NCBI GenBank assembly: GCA_963663995.1
Contig: OY760660.1
Span: forward strand, 720,001 to 752,000
Direction: 5' to 3'
DNA from: Erysipelotrichaceae bacterium
GTDB taxonomy: Bacteria > Bacillota_I > Bacilli_A > Erysipelotrichales > Erysipelotrichaceae
Length of the DNA stretch: 32,000 nucleotides
Position 1 is the first letter of the stretch, and each line of letters starts with the position of its first letter. The notes beneath the pieces were generated by a model. That model was not told the DNA's origin and did no database searches. It worked only from the letters and a program-made list of their open reading frames with translations. Below, in pieces: positions 17,698 to 25,570 of the stretch. The position numbers and the translations under genes are program-made.

Positions 17698-18498
17698 ATG
17701 GGATTGAATCGATCAGGGTACTACAAATGGTTAGAGCGCAAAGATAGACCTAATCAATACATCCAATATCGAATGAAGTTAATACCATATATTACGCAAA
17801 TACATCAAAAACATAAGACTTATGGTTATCATCGAGTAGCCTATGAATTACGTAATCAAACAGAGTTTGTGTTCTCTGATCACTTGGTTCATAAATGTAT
17901 GAAACAGTTGGGTTTAAAATCAAGTGCGAGAAAGTATAGATATCGAAAAGTTGGTGATGAGCATGTCATTTACAAAAATGAAGTGGCTGGGCATTGGAAT
18001 GCCTCAAAACCTTATGAGATTGTCGTATCAGACATGACTCAGATTCGTAATCGAGGGAAAGCATATGAACTCACATTGTTTATCGATACGTTCAATAATG
18101 AAATTATCGCTCAATCCATGTCATCTCAAAAAGGTGATATTAAACCTTATTATGATTGTTTATCCCAATATTTAAAGCAAATAAAAGGAATAGAATACCC
18201 CATCATCCTTCACACAGATCAAGGGTCAGTCTACTCCAGTAAAGCTTTCAATCAAGCTCTTTCAAATTATAACATTATTCGTTCGATGAATCGCTCAGGT
18301 ACACCTACGGATAATCCAGTCAATGAAGCACTTAATGGATGGATGAAAGATGAATTGTATATAGATTTTAATATCTCTCGTTCAAATGATGTTTATCAAA
18401 CAATTAAAGAATATATTCATCATTTTAATCATGAACGTCCTGCATATACCTTACAATATAAAACCCCAATTCAATATAAACATGACTTAGGGTTCTAA
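17698..18498 (+). CDS. IS-A transposase OrfB (DDE integrase core), expressed as an OrfAB fusion by -1 frameshift
   Basis: DDE triad contexts VSDMTQI, HTDQGSVY and NPVNEALNGWMK. By my own reading, the -1 frame is open from 17575 (KKRIHRERSWFTEGIRYTIRQDYQIADGLKDKYSITQLLKEM...), so it joins orfA at the slippery site. Confidence 0.85.
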   Translation: MGLNRSGYYKWLERKDRPNQYIQYRMKLIPYITQIHQKHKTYGYHRVAYELRNQTEFVFSDHLVHKCMKQLGLKSSARKYRYRKVGDEHVIYKNEVAGHWNASKPYEIVVSDMTQIRNRGKAYELTLFIDTFNNEIIAQSMSSQKGDIKPYYDCLSQYLKQIKGIEYPIILHTDQGSVYSSKAFNQALSNYNIIRSMNRSGTPTDNPVNEALNGWMKDELYIDFNISRSNDVYQTIKEYIHHFNHERPAYTLQYKTPIQYKHDLGF

Positions 18499-18581
18499 TT
18501 GTTTTTTAAACTTGTCTAATTTTCCTTTACAAGTTCACCCTATAGGGTTTTTAAATATAATAAAGAAAATGAGGAAAAGTT

Positions 18582-19016
18582 ATGAGTAAAGTCCGATTTT
18601 CAGAAGAACAGATTAAACGATTGAAAGATAATCCGTATATAGAAAATATTAGTGAAAAGTCGATAACTTACACGATGGCTTTTAGAGAGAAATCAGTTGA
18701 TTTGTATCAGAGAGGATATAGTTCTAGACAGATTTTCGAAGATGCAGGATTAAGTGTTAAAGATTTAGGAATGAATCGTATCCGTTTGTCGTTAGAGCGT
18801 TGGCGAAAGATGAGTAAACGCGATGAAGGGTTTAAAGACACGCGAAAAGGAAGTTCAGGTCGTTCAAGACAAAAGCCAAGAACACTAGAAGAAGAACTTA
18901 AGTATTTGAAAGATCGAAATGAATACTTAGAACAGGAGAATGAATTCTTAAAAAAGCTCGACGCACTGGAAAGGAGTGTGAGATACAACTTAGCGCACAA
19001 GAAAAATACGAAATAA
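18582..19016 (+). CDS. IS-B transposase OrfA (HTH domain)
   Basis: 144 aa with a coiled-coil C-terminus. Canonical in-frame slippery heptamer A AAA AAG at 18950..18956. Confidence 0.85.
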   Translation: MSKVRFSEEQIKRLKDNPYIENISEKSITYTMAFREKSVDLYQRGYSSRQIFEDAGLSVKDLGMNRIRLSLERWRKMSKRDEGFKDTRKGSSGRSRQKPRTLEEELKYLKDRNEYLEQENEFLKKLDALERSVRYNLAHKKNTK

Positions 19017-19063
19017 TTTTTAACCTTAATTCAAAACGTAAAAATCGTTTAGATATAAATTAT

Positions 19064-19948
19064 ATGTGTACAATCGCACAAGTATCCAGATCAGGTTATT
19101 ACGCCTTTATCAAACGCAAACGAAGCCTTAATTTTAAAGACATTCAAGATGAGATTGATTTTGCCTACATCAAAGAAGCCTTCAACTATCGTGGCTATGA
19201 TAAGGGTGCACGACCCATTAAGATGTATCTTCAAGATAAACATAATAGGTGTATGAATCTTAAGAAAATACGAAGATTAATGCGTAAATACGGCTTAGTG
19301 TGTGAGATTAGACAAGCAAATCCATATCGACAAATGATGAGAGATATGGCAACTAACGATATATCAGTCAATCGAGTTAATCGACAATTCAAACAAGGGG
19401 TTGCGCGTAAAATACTTCTCACAGATATTACGTATATTACTTATGGTTCTCATAAGCGAGCTTATTTATCTGTCATCAAAGATGCCTCTAGTAATAAGAT
19501 ATTATCTTATAGGGTATCAGAATCCTTAGATGTCTCGTTTGTATTAAAGACCGTTCAAGGGCTTATTGAAACACAAATGGGTGATTTAAATCTAAAGGTT
19601 CTCATTCACTCAGATCAAGGTTCACATTATACATCAAGAGCCTTTAAACAAGTCTTAGATGAACTAGGAATTGAAAGTTCAATGTCGAGACGTGGAAATT
19701 GTTTAGATAATGCAGCTCAAGAAAGTTTCTTTGGGCACATGAAAGATGAAGTAAAATTTAAGCATTATAAGACCTATATTGAATGTGTTGAAGCGATTAT
19801 GGACTATATCAACTACTATAATTATGATCGCCCACAATGGGGGTTACATCGTATGACACCTCATAAATATGAAAGTTACTTAGATCGTTCAGATGATATT
19901 CCATTATTATTACCTGTTCTCTATCATCAGCCAGTAATATACCTATAA
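19064..19948 (+). CDS. IS-B transposase OrfB (DDE integrase core, IS150-group-like)
   Basis: DDE contexts LTDITYI, HSDQGSHYTS and SMSRRGNCLDNAAQESFFGHMKDE. The -1 frame is open from the slippery site (18956) to 19064 by my own reading. Confidence 0.85.
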   Translation: MCTIAQVSRSGYYAFIKRKRSLNFKDIQDEIDFAYIKEAFNYRGYDKGARPIKMYLQDKHNRCMNLKKIRRLMRKYGLVCEIRQANPYRQMMRDMATNDISVNRVNRQFKQGVARKILLTDITYITYGSHKRAYLSVIKDASSNKILSYRVSESLDVSFVLKTVQGLIETQMGDLNLKVLIHSDQGSHYTSRAFKQVLDELGIESSMSRRGNCLDNAAQESFFGHMKDEVKFKHYKTYIECVEAIMDYINYYNYDRPQWGLHRMTPHKYESYLDRSDDIPLLLPVLYHQPVIYL

Positions 19949-19992
19949 TTCAATCGTTTCTCTTAAACATATTTTTATTATGATCAAACGAA

Positions 19993-20034
19993 AAAGGAAC
20001 ATATTTTCTATTCAGAAATTCTGTTCCTTTTATC
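19993..20034 (+). terminator. Compound hairpin/terminator inside the right end of IS-B
   Basis: Outer stem AAAGGAACA/TGTTCCTTT encloses inner stem ATTTCT/AGAAAT and is followed by TTAT. Located 45 nt after the orfB stop. Confidence 0.5.
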
Positions 20035-20091
20035 TAATTCTCTAAAGTCCTTTTTTTAAGTGTCCTTGACAAAGGGGACAGTTCATGTTGC

Positions 20092-20104
20092 AAGATTCTC
20101 TCTT
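20092..20104. repeat. Right arm of the inverted repeat split by the IS insertion
   Basis: AAGATTCTCTCTT is the perfect reverse complement of 17126..17138. It abuts the cvpA stop codon (20105..20107) and is followed by a T-run. Confidence 0.7.
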
Positions 20105-20926
20105 TTATTTAATCCCTAATCGATTAATAATTTCATCGATTTGTTCAACACTTAAACCCATCTGATTGAGGAAATTTGCGACATCTTCTTTTGTCCACCC
20201 CTCATCTTTTATGTATTCAATCACTGCATTAATCTCTTCTTGGCTTAATGATTCTTGATTGACCAGTTTTTCAAAAGGACCTTGAAGTTCAACTGGTAAA
20301 CCTAATTTCGCAAACCAATCAGGAATACTTTGAAAATCTTCTGTTGTGATCGGTTCGCCATCTAAGACTTTCTGAACCAATGAACCAGATTCAGTTTGGG
20401 CAACAATACTTTCTAAGGCAATATCTGTGAGTTCAGTAATTGGCGCAAGATAGGAAGCTTCTACAACATTACGACCATTTGTAAATAAAGGACTACTTAA
20501 AACAAAGGTTGCGATAATTGCGATAATACATGGTGCGATTAATCCAAAAACTGCTCCAAGTATGCGATTAATTGTTTTCGCAATAGGAATCGCATGGATT
20601 GTTTTCGCAGCTGGTTTAACAATGAAGGTCATAACCACTGAAACAACAATAAAGACTATAATATACCAAACCATCGTGTTCGCTATTTGGTGTAAACTAT
20701 CTCCAATTAATGGTGTTTGAAACCACTCTAAAGTCGAAGGAATAATGGTTACGGATGATGCCAGTTGGGGGGCAAATAGCCAGGCTAAAACAATTGAAGC
20801 AAGTAAGCTAACAATATCTAAGACTTGAGCTAACAAGCCTCTCATATAGCCCATGATAATAAATAACGCAAAGACTGCGATAATAATTAAATTTAATGTG
20901 TCTGCAAAATTGTATGGTAATGTCAT
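20105..20926 (-). CDS. cvpA: CvpA-family membrane protein with a soluble C-terminal extension
   Basis: 273 aa. About 4 TM helices in a CvpA-like arrangement (N-terminal IIIAVFALFIIMGYMRGL), followed by an acidic C-terminal domain of about 100 aa. Confidence 0.65.
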   Translation of the reverse strand: MTLPYNFADTLNLIIIAVFALFIIMGYMRGLLAQVLDIVSLLASIVLAWLFAPQLASSVTIIPSTLEWFQTPLIGDSLHQIANTMVWYIIVFIVVSVVMTFIVKPAAKTIHAIPIAKTINRILGAVFGLIAPCIIAIIATFVLSSPLFTNGRNVVEASYLAPITELTDIALESIVAQTESGSLVQKVLDGEPITTEDFQSIPDWFAKLGLPVELQGPFEKLVNQESLSQEEINAVIEYIKDEGWTKEDVANFLNQMGLSVEQIDEIINRLGIK

Positions 20927-20983
20927 AAATAAAACCTCACTGAAAGTTTACAATAAACCAAGTCATCTGACTAGCATCTGACA

Positions 20984-21009
20984 CAAAAAAAGCGTAATTA
21001 CTTACGCTT
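20984..21009 (-). terminator. Rho-independent terminator after cysE
   Basis: Minus-strand RNA AAGCGUAA-GUAA-UUACGCUU followed by UUUUUUU. The stem overlaps the last cysE codons. Confidence 0.7.
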
Positions 21010-21507
21010 TGAGACTAATATTTTTGCTGGATTACCACCCACTGTTTGATGATCTTCAACCGAATGAAGCACAACCGCATTCGCGCCTACTTTGACATGA
21101 TTTCCAAGGGTAATATTCCCTAAAACTTTAGCACCTGCACCCACCATCACATGATTTCCTAAAGTTGGATGACGTTTCACATGTTCTGTTCCTCGTCCTC
21201 CAAGTGTTACACCATGATAGATTAAGCAATCATCTCCAATAACACTGGTTTCACCAATCACAACTCCCATTCCATGATCAATGAGTAGTCGTTTTCCAAT
21301 CTTAGCTCCTGGATGAATCTCAATCCCTGTTAATGTCCGTGAAAATTGAGAAAGTAAGCGAGCTAGAAAATAGAAATGTATATTGTATAAAAAATGAGCG
21401 ACGCGATGAATGAGTACCGCATGATAGCCAGGATAAAGTAAGATGACTTCTAAAAGCGAATGGGCTGCCGGATCTTGCTGTTTAATCGCTTTAGCTGTAT
21501 CAAACAT
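20998..21507 (-). CDS. cysE: Serine O-acetyltransferase (short form)
   Basis: 169 aa. Hexapeptide-repeat core [41 protein letters not shown]. Confidence 0.85.
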   Translation of the reverse strand: MFDTAKAIKQQDPAAHSLLEVILLYPGYHAVLIHRVAHFLYNIHFYFLARLLSQFSRTLTGIEIHPGAKIGKRLLIDHGMGVVIGETSVIGDDCLIYHGVTLGGRGTEHVKRHPTLGNHVMVGAGAKVLGNITLGNHVKVGANAVVLHSVEDHQTVGGNPAKILVSKRK

Positions 21508-22305
21508 TTATTCGCCTAAGATCGTTTCTGCTAACCAATGGAAATCTTCTGAATCATATGACTCTATATCTCCTGCATCAGCTAACTTAACAAGTTCTGG
21601 ATCAATAGGAAGTTGAGCTAAGAGAGGAATATTGTAGCTATTGGCTAAACCTTCACTCTTTGGTTCACCAAATGGGAATAATCTTTCCCCTTTATGTTCC
21701 ATATAAGCCATATTTTCAACAATCCCTAAAATAGGTACATTCATCTTGTGAGCCATCTCTACTGCTTTAGAAACAATCATTGTGACTAAATCTTGAGGTG
21801 ATGTAACAATTATAATGCCATTAATTGGTAAAGATTGGAAAACAGTTAAGGCAATATCACCTGTGCCTGGAGGCATATCCACTACCATTAAGTCTAAATC
21901 GCCCCATAAAACTTCTGAATAGAAATCTTTAACTGCATTGGTAATTAAAGCACCACGCCATAAAATGGGAGTCGTTTCATTTTCAACCAACATATTTGAA
22001 GTCATGACTTTAACACCTAATTCACTTAACGCTGGATCAATACCTTCTTTTGTCCCAAAGACTGGGTGATGAATATTGAAAAGATGTCCCATTGATGGAC
22101 CAACGATATCCCCATCAATGACACCAACTTTGAAGCCATCTTTTGCAGCATGTGATGCAAGTAGTGCCGCAACAGTGGATTTACCAACGCCACCTTTACC
22201 ACTTACAACCGCAATCATCTTTTTAATGTTTGTACTTTTTTTACCCCTTGTTTTAAACGGGTCAAAAGCCGGATCTAAATCTACTTTTGTTTCTTTTTCA
22301 CTCAT
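21508..22305 (-). CDS. Mrp/NBP35/ApbC-family Fe-S cluster carrier ATPase
   Basis: Start taken at the ATG at 22305 (MSEKETKV), preceded by AAAGGAG. The track start at 22380 lies inside the upstream terminator. Deviant Walker A SGKGGVGKST; DMPPGTGD motif. Confidence 0.85.
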   Translation of the reverse strand: MSEKETKVDLDPAFDPFKTRGKKSTNIKKMIAVVSGKGGVGKSTVAALLASHAAKDGFKVGVIDGDIVGPSMGHLFNIHHPVFGTKEGIDPALSELGVKVMTSNMLVENETTPILWRGALITNAVKDFYSEVLWGDLDLMVVDMPPGTGDIALTVFQSLPINGIIIVTSPQDLVTMIVSKAVEMAHKMNVPILGIVENMAYMEHKGERLFPFGEPKSEGLANSYNIPLLAQLPIDPELVKLADAGDIESYDSEDFHWLAETILGE

Positions 22306-22329
22306 TTTTAAATCTCCTTTTGCGCCTGT

Positions 22330-22359
22330 ATTATACCCAAGTTGTGGCACTTTTACCAA
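22330..22359 (-). promoter_or_regulatory. Candidate sigma-A promoter for the mrp-cysE operon
   Basis: Minus strand reads TTGGTA-N18-TATAAT, located between the pyrP terminator and the mrp RBS. Confidence 0.5.
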
Positions 22360-22367
22360 TGATGTGA

Positions 22368-22396
22368 TTAAAAAAAGCACCTAACGATAGGTGCTT
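22368..22396 (-). terminator. Rho-independent terminator after pyrP
   Basis: Minus-strand RNA AAGCACCU-AUCGUU-AGGUGCUU followed by UUUUUUU. Confidence 0.75.
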
Positions 22397-22423
22397 GTGA
22401 AGTTTTTAATAAATTGTTTAAAA

Positions 22424-23698
22424 TTAGTCTTCGTAAGGAAGAATTAGGTTTAAAGCAACCCCAACAATCGCCGCTAATGCAGTACCCGATAGTGAAGCTA
22501 AACCAACCAGTTTAAACATCGCTCCGCCTAGTCCTAAAACCAACATACTAGCCGCAATGATAACGTTACGACGTTGTGAGAAATCAACTTTCTCATCAAT
22601 CAATACTCGTAAACCATTTGAAGCAATAAAACCATAAAGTAAAATACTCATACCACCTAATACAGCCCAAGGAATCGTACTGATTAATGCTGATACTTTA
22701 CCAATAAAACTGATACATAAAGCAAGTACAGCTGCTCCGCCAGTTACCCAAACAGATGCAACACGTGTTAAACCAATAACACCTGTATTTTCACCGTAAG
22801 TGGTATTTGCAGGACCTCCTAAGAAACCTGAAATAGCAGTCGCAAGACCATCACCAATTAAAGTACGATCAAGACCTGGATCTTGTAAGAAATTACGATT
22901 ACAGATTTTACCTAAAACAGTATGATCTCCAATGTGTTCTGAAATGGTCACAATCGCAATTGGGACAATAACCCAAGTTTCAGGACCAAAGTACAATGAA
23001 TAAGTTCCAAAGTTACCAATCGCAAATGGGAAATAGAATTCAGGTAATGATAACCATGGAGCTGCCGCAACAGCACTAAAATCAACTAGCCCAAAAGCAA
23101 CTGCCACTGCATAACCACCAAAGATACCCATGATGAATGGAACAATACGTAAGAAACCTTTCGCTAAAGTCATAACTGCTGCAGTAATTGCAAAGGTAAT
23201 AATCGCAGTCCAGATAACGCGAGAATCTCCACCATCTACAAAACCTGCAGAACTAACAGCAACTGAAGCTAAACCTAAACCGATGATAATAATCATTGGG
23301 CCAATAACGATTGGAGGTAATAAACGATTAATCCAACCCTTGCCAATGACTTTAATCACTAAAGCAACTAATACATATGTTAAACCAACTAAAATCAAAC
23401 CTGTTTGAGCGGCAGAAATATCACCACCCATACTTTCTTTCGCAATAATAACAGCTGAAATATAAGCAAATGATGATCCTAAATAAACCGGAACTTTTGC
23501 CTTTGTTGCAGCAATATAAATCAATGTTCCTAAACCAGATGCAAATAATGCAACACTAACAGGTAAACCTGTCAAAATTGGTACTAAGACGGTTGCCCCA
23601 AACATTGCGAATACATGTTGAAAGCTTAATGCTAACCATGTCGCAGCCTGCGGTTTGTCATGTACGTCATACAACAATTCATTTTTTTGACTACTCAT
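22424..23698 (-). CDS. pyrP: NCS2-family uracil (uracil/xanthine) permease
   Basis: 424 aa, about 12-14 TM. N-terminus LSFQHVFAMFGATVLVP, plus ISEHIGD and NTTYGENTGV motifs typical of UraA/PyrP. A PyrR-type leader lies upstream. Confidence 0.85.
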   Translation of the reverse strand: MSSQKNELLYDVHDKPQAATWLALSFQHVFAMFGATVLVPILTGLPVSVALFASGLGTLIYIAATKAKVPVYLGSSFAYISAVIIAKESMGGDISAAQTGLILVGLTYVLVALVIKVIGKGWINRLLPPIVIGPMIIIIGLGLASVAVSSAGFVDGGDSRVIWTAIITFAITAAVMTLAKGFLRIVPFIMGIFGGYAVAVAFGLVDFSAVAAAPWLSLPEFYFPFAIGNFGTYSLYFGPETWVIVPIAIVTISEHIGDHTVLGKICNRNFLQDPGLDRTLIGDGLATAISGFLGGPANTTYGENTGVIGLTRVASVWVTGGAAVLALCISFIGKVSALISTIPWAVLGGMSILLYGFIASNGLRVLIDEKVDFSQRRNVIIAASMLVLGLGGAMFKLVGLASLSGTALAAIVGVALNLILPYED

Positions 23699-23723
23699 TT
23701 TCTCTCCCTTTTTGCACAGTCAC

Positions 23724-23808
23724 ATTATAAAAGGACATTTTCATGTCCTTTATCGAGTAAAAAGTTTGATCTTTACCTTATCAATCTCTCTGGATTGAAT
23801 TAAAGGAC
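23724..23808 (-). promoter_or_regulatory. PyrR-binding attenuator (anti-antiterminator plus terminator) in the pyrP leader
   Basis: Minus-strand RNA GUCCUUUAAUUCAAUCCAGAGAGAUUGAUAAGGUA matches the PyrR-site hallmark UCCAGAGAG loop closed by CCUU...AAGG. Downstream terminator AAAGGACAU-GAAA-AUGUCCUUUU. The upstream GUCCUUU can alternatively pair with the terminator's 5' arm AAAGGAC, acting as an antiterminator. Confidence 0.8.
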
Positions 23809-23919
23809 TTCGTGCTAGATAAAGTCTAGCATGAGGTCAAATAAGTGTAAACAGAAATTAAGTGATTATATGATATTAGTTAATATAAATACTTAAAAAA
23901 TATAGATTAAATGATTAAT

Positions 23920-24651
23920 TTATATTTTTGTTTCTAAGCGTACATAGAATGAATCAGAAATCGTGTAATTTATTAAATATTCCATTAATTCATTATCTTT
24001 GTCAAAAATCGTCGACTCAATGACATTAGATAAATTCGATTTAGTCTTTAAATCATGCATCATTTCTTCATTGATAATTTCAGTATGATAGCGAAGTTTA
24101 ACGTGACTTAAACTCACACCATAAGTTTTAGTTAGATATGGCCATGTTTGTTTGTTCATTAAATCAACTTTATCTAAACCTTTGAATTTTGATAGTGGGT
24201 AATAAAGTTTAACTAACATAATTGGCTTATCATCGCCAAAATATATTCTTTTAAACTCTAAGTAATCACCATCCCCTTCTGGAATCATATCTAATAATCG
24301 TTTAGGGGCATCAACAACTGAAATTTGTATATCTTTAAAACTAGCTTTAAAACCATTTAACTCAATTAAATCAATAATTGAATGAATCTTATCAAAGAAG
24401 ATACTTGGCATTTCAAAGTGAATAAGATAATACTTATTATCTTTCTTCTTAATAATGTTTTCTTTGACTAAAGTATCATAGACATCCTGAGCTTCTTTTT
24501 CACTAAGTTCGTAGGTTCTCGCAAAATCAAGTAACTTAGGCATTTCAGTATCACTACTTAAATGATGAATATTGGTATAATTACGCATTTCTGCAACAAG
24601 TTGTTGTTGAACTGAATCATTGCGTCTTCGATCAATATGTAAGTTAAGCAT
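23920..24651 (-). CDS. GntR/UTRA-like protein with a degenerate winged-helix domain (second of a tandem pair)
   Basis: Start uncertain: ATG at 24651 or 24660, both overlapping the upstream gene's stop at 24644. N-terminal SVQQQLVAEMRNY...MPKLLDFARTYELSEKEAQDVYDTLVKENII follows GntR spacing, but the recognition helix is acidic and the wing lacks the G.G motif. The C-terminal ~170 aa look UTRA-like. Confidence 0.6.
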   Translation of the reverse strand: MLNLHIDRRRNDSVQQQLVAEMRNYTNIHHLSSDTEMPKLLDFARTYELSEKEAQDVYDTLVKENIIKKKDNKYYLIHFEMPSIFFDKIHSIIDLIELNGFKASFKDIQISVVDAPKRLLDMIPEGDGDYLEFKRIYFGDDKPIMLVKLYYPLSKFKGLDKVDLMNKQTWPYLTKTYGVSLSHVKLRYHTEIINEEMMHDLKTKSNLSNVIESTIFDKDNELMEYLINYTISDSFYVRLETKI

Positions 24652-25369
24652 AGATAACATCACTTTCCATGATTGTAAATTCGCTTGGTAAATAGCGAAC
24701 AATCATCGCAACAACTTTGGATTCACTATTGGAGAAAATACTTTCAATTTTAATCATTGGTGACCCTTCTGCGATTTCAAACATACGCGCATCTTTAGAA
24801 TCAGCAATATAACCCGACATGATGTTTTCTTGTTTACTAATATTACAACGCGTACATTCTAGTAATATTTCTGAAATTGTTTTATCCATATGAACGTCTA
24901 AGACTAAACGTCTAAAATAAGATTCATCGATATAACTTTCTTCCAAGACAACAGCATGATAATAATCTTTATGTAAACGAAGGCAGTGAAAAACGGATTT
25001 ACAATCAAAGTGTTTTTTTGCGACAGAGTTTAAGTTATTCTCATTAAAAGTTTCAATCAACATCGTTTCAAAAGGAAGCTTAGTCGCCGTTTCCAAACGT
25101 AAATCTTTAGGAGAGAAAATATAAGAATTTCGGTTAACCACATAGGATCCTTTCCCACGTGTACGCCGAACTTTACCTGTTTTTTCTAACACAACAAATG
25201 CTTTCTTTACAACACCTAGTGAAAGGTTATATAAATCAGCTATTTCTTTCTCCGTCGGGAGATGATAATGATGAGCTAATTTTCTTTCATCTATTGCTTC
25301 TTCAATGGTATCGGCAATCTGCTGGTAGATTGGTTTCTTAGATGTTTTATCGATAAAAATGTAATCCAT
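24644..25369 (-). CDS. GntR-family transcriptional regulator, HutC/UTRA subfamily
   Basis: 241 aa. N-terminal KPIYQQIADTIEEAI...LPTEKEIADLYNLSLGVVKKAFVVLEKTGKVRRTRGKGSYVV (wHTH), followed by a UTRA-like effector domain. Confidence 0.8.
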   Translation of the reverse strand: MDYIFIDKTSKKPIYQQIADTIEEAIDERKLAHHYHLPTEKEIADLYNLSLGVVKKAFVVLEKTGKVRRTRGKGSYVVNRNSYIFSPKDLRLETATKLPFETMLIETFNENNLNSVAKKHFDCKSVFHCLRLHKDYYHAVVLEESYIDESYFRRLVLDVHMDKTISEILLECTRCNISKQENIMSGYIADSKDARMFEIAEGSPMIKIESIFSNSESKVVAMIVRYLPSEFTIMESDVIYA

Positions 25370-25570
25370 AATTCAATCGATCCTTTCTTTTTATACAAAA
25401 TATAAAAAAATACATATAAAACTAATATTATTTTAGCCTATTTAGCTAAATTTGCGAATATTAGTTTATATATTCCCCAAAAGTAGTCTTGATAATAGTA
25501 AAAATAGAGTATAAAAAATAAGAAAAACAAAACAAACAAATATTGATATCTATATTTAAAAATAGATACT

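Larger units (their letters stand above)
17183..18537 (+). mobile_element. IS3-family element (inner, 'IS-A'), 1355 bp, intact
   Basis: IRL is TGAAGTAGTAAAGTAAAAGTAGACA; the reverse complement of IRR is TGAACTTGTAAAGGAAAATTAGACA (21/25 identical). Flanked by the direct repeat CCCT (17179..17182 and 18538..18541), consistent with a 4-bp target duplication. Confidence 0.8.
17138..20085 (+). mobile_element. IS3-family element (outer, 'IS-B'), interrupted 45 bp from its left end by a second IS
   Basis: The terminal inverted repeats match over about 38 nt. Left: TAAACTGTACCCTATAGAGTAGACACGATAAAAAAGTG. Reverse complement of right: TGAACTGTCCCCTTTGTCAAGGACACTTAAAAAAAGGA. That is 24/38 identical, and 11/13 at the tips. 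Own orfA/orfB at 18582..19948. Confidence 0.75.

Noticed and set aside
17138-20085. Interpretation as two simple side-by-side IS copies, or as a composite transposon
   Set aside because: Terminal-repeat matching pairs 17138 with 20085 and 17183 with 18537, and a CCCT duplication flanks the inner element. No passenger genes lie between the elements. Nesting explains the data better.
17135-20088. Target-site duplication for the outer IS
   Set aside because: The flanks read TCT (left) and TGT (right). No 3-5 bp perfect direct repeat could be found in any register, so none is claimed.
21508-22367. T-box or S-box leader upstream of cysE
   Set aside because: cysE starts 1 nt after the Mrp gene stop. 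The only non-coding DNA upstream of the pair holds a simple promoter and the pyrP terminator, leaving no room for a leader RNA.
22076-22384. 102-aa plus-strand ORF antisense to the Mrp/ApbC gene
   Set aside because: It is a shadow ORF opposite a well-supported CDS, with no RBS and no recognisable motifs. The same reasoning applies to 940..1155, 2244..2471, 4896..5123, 5117..5347, 7071..7424, 7655..7846, 8438..8671, 9069..9263, 11350..11541, 12705..12908, 15151..15495, 16620..16826, 18707..19000, 19231..19422, 23130..23408, 25159..25341, 30316..30552 and 31094..31438.
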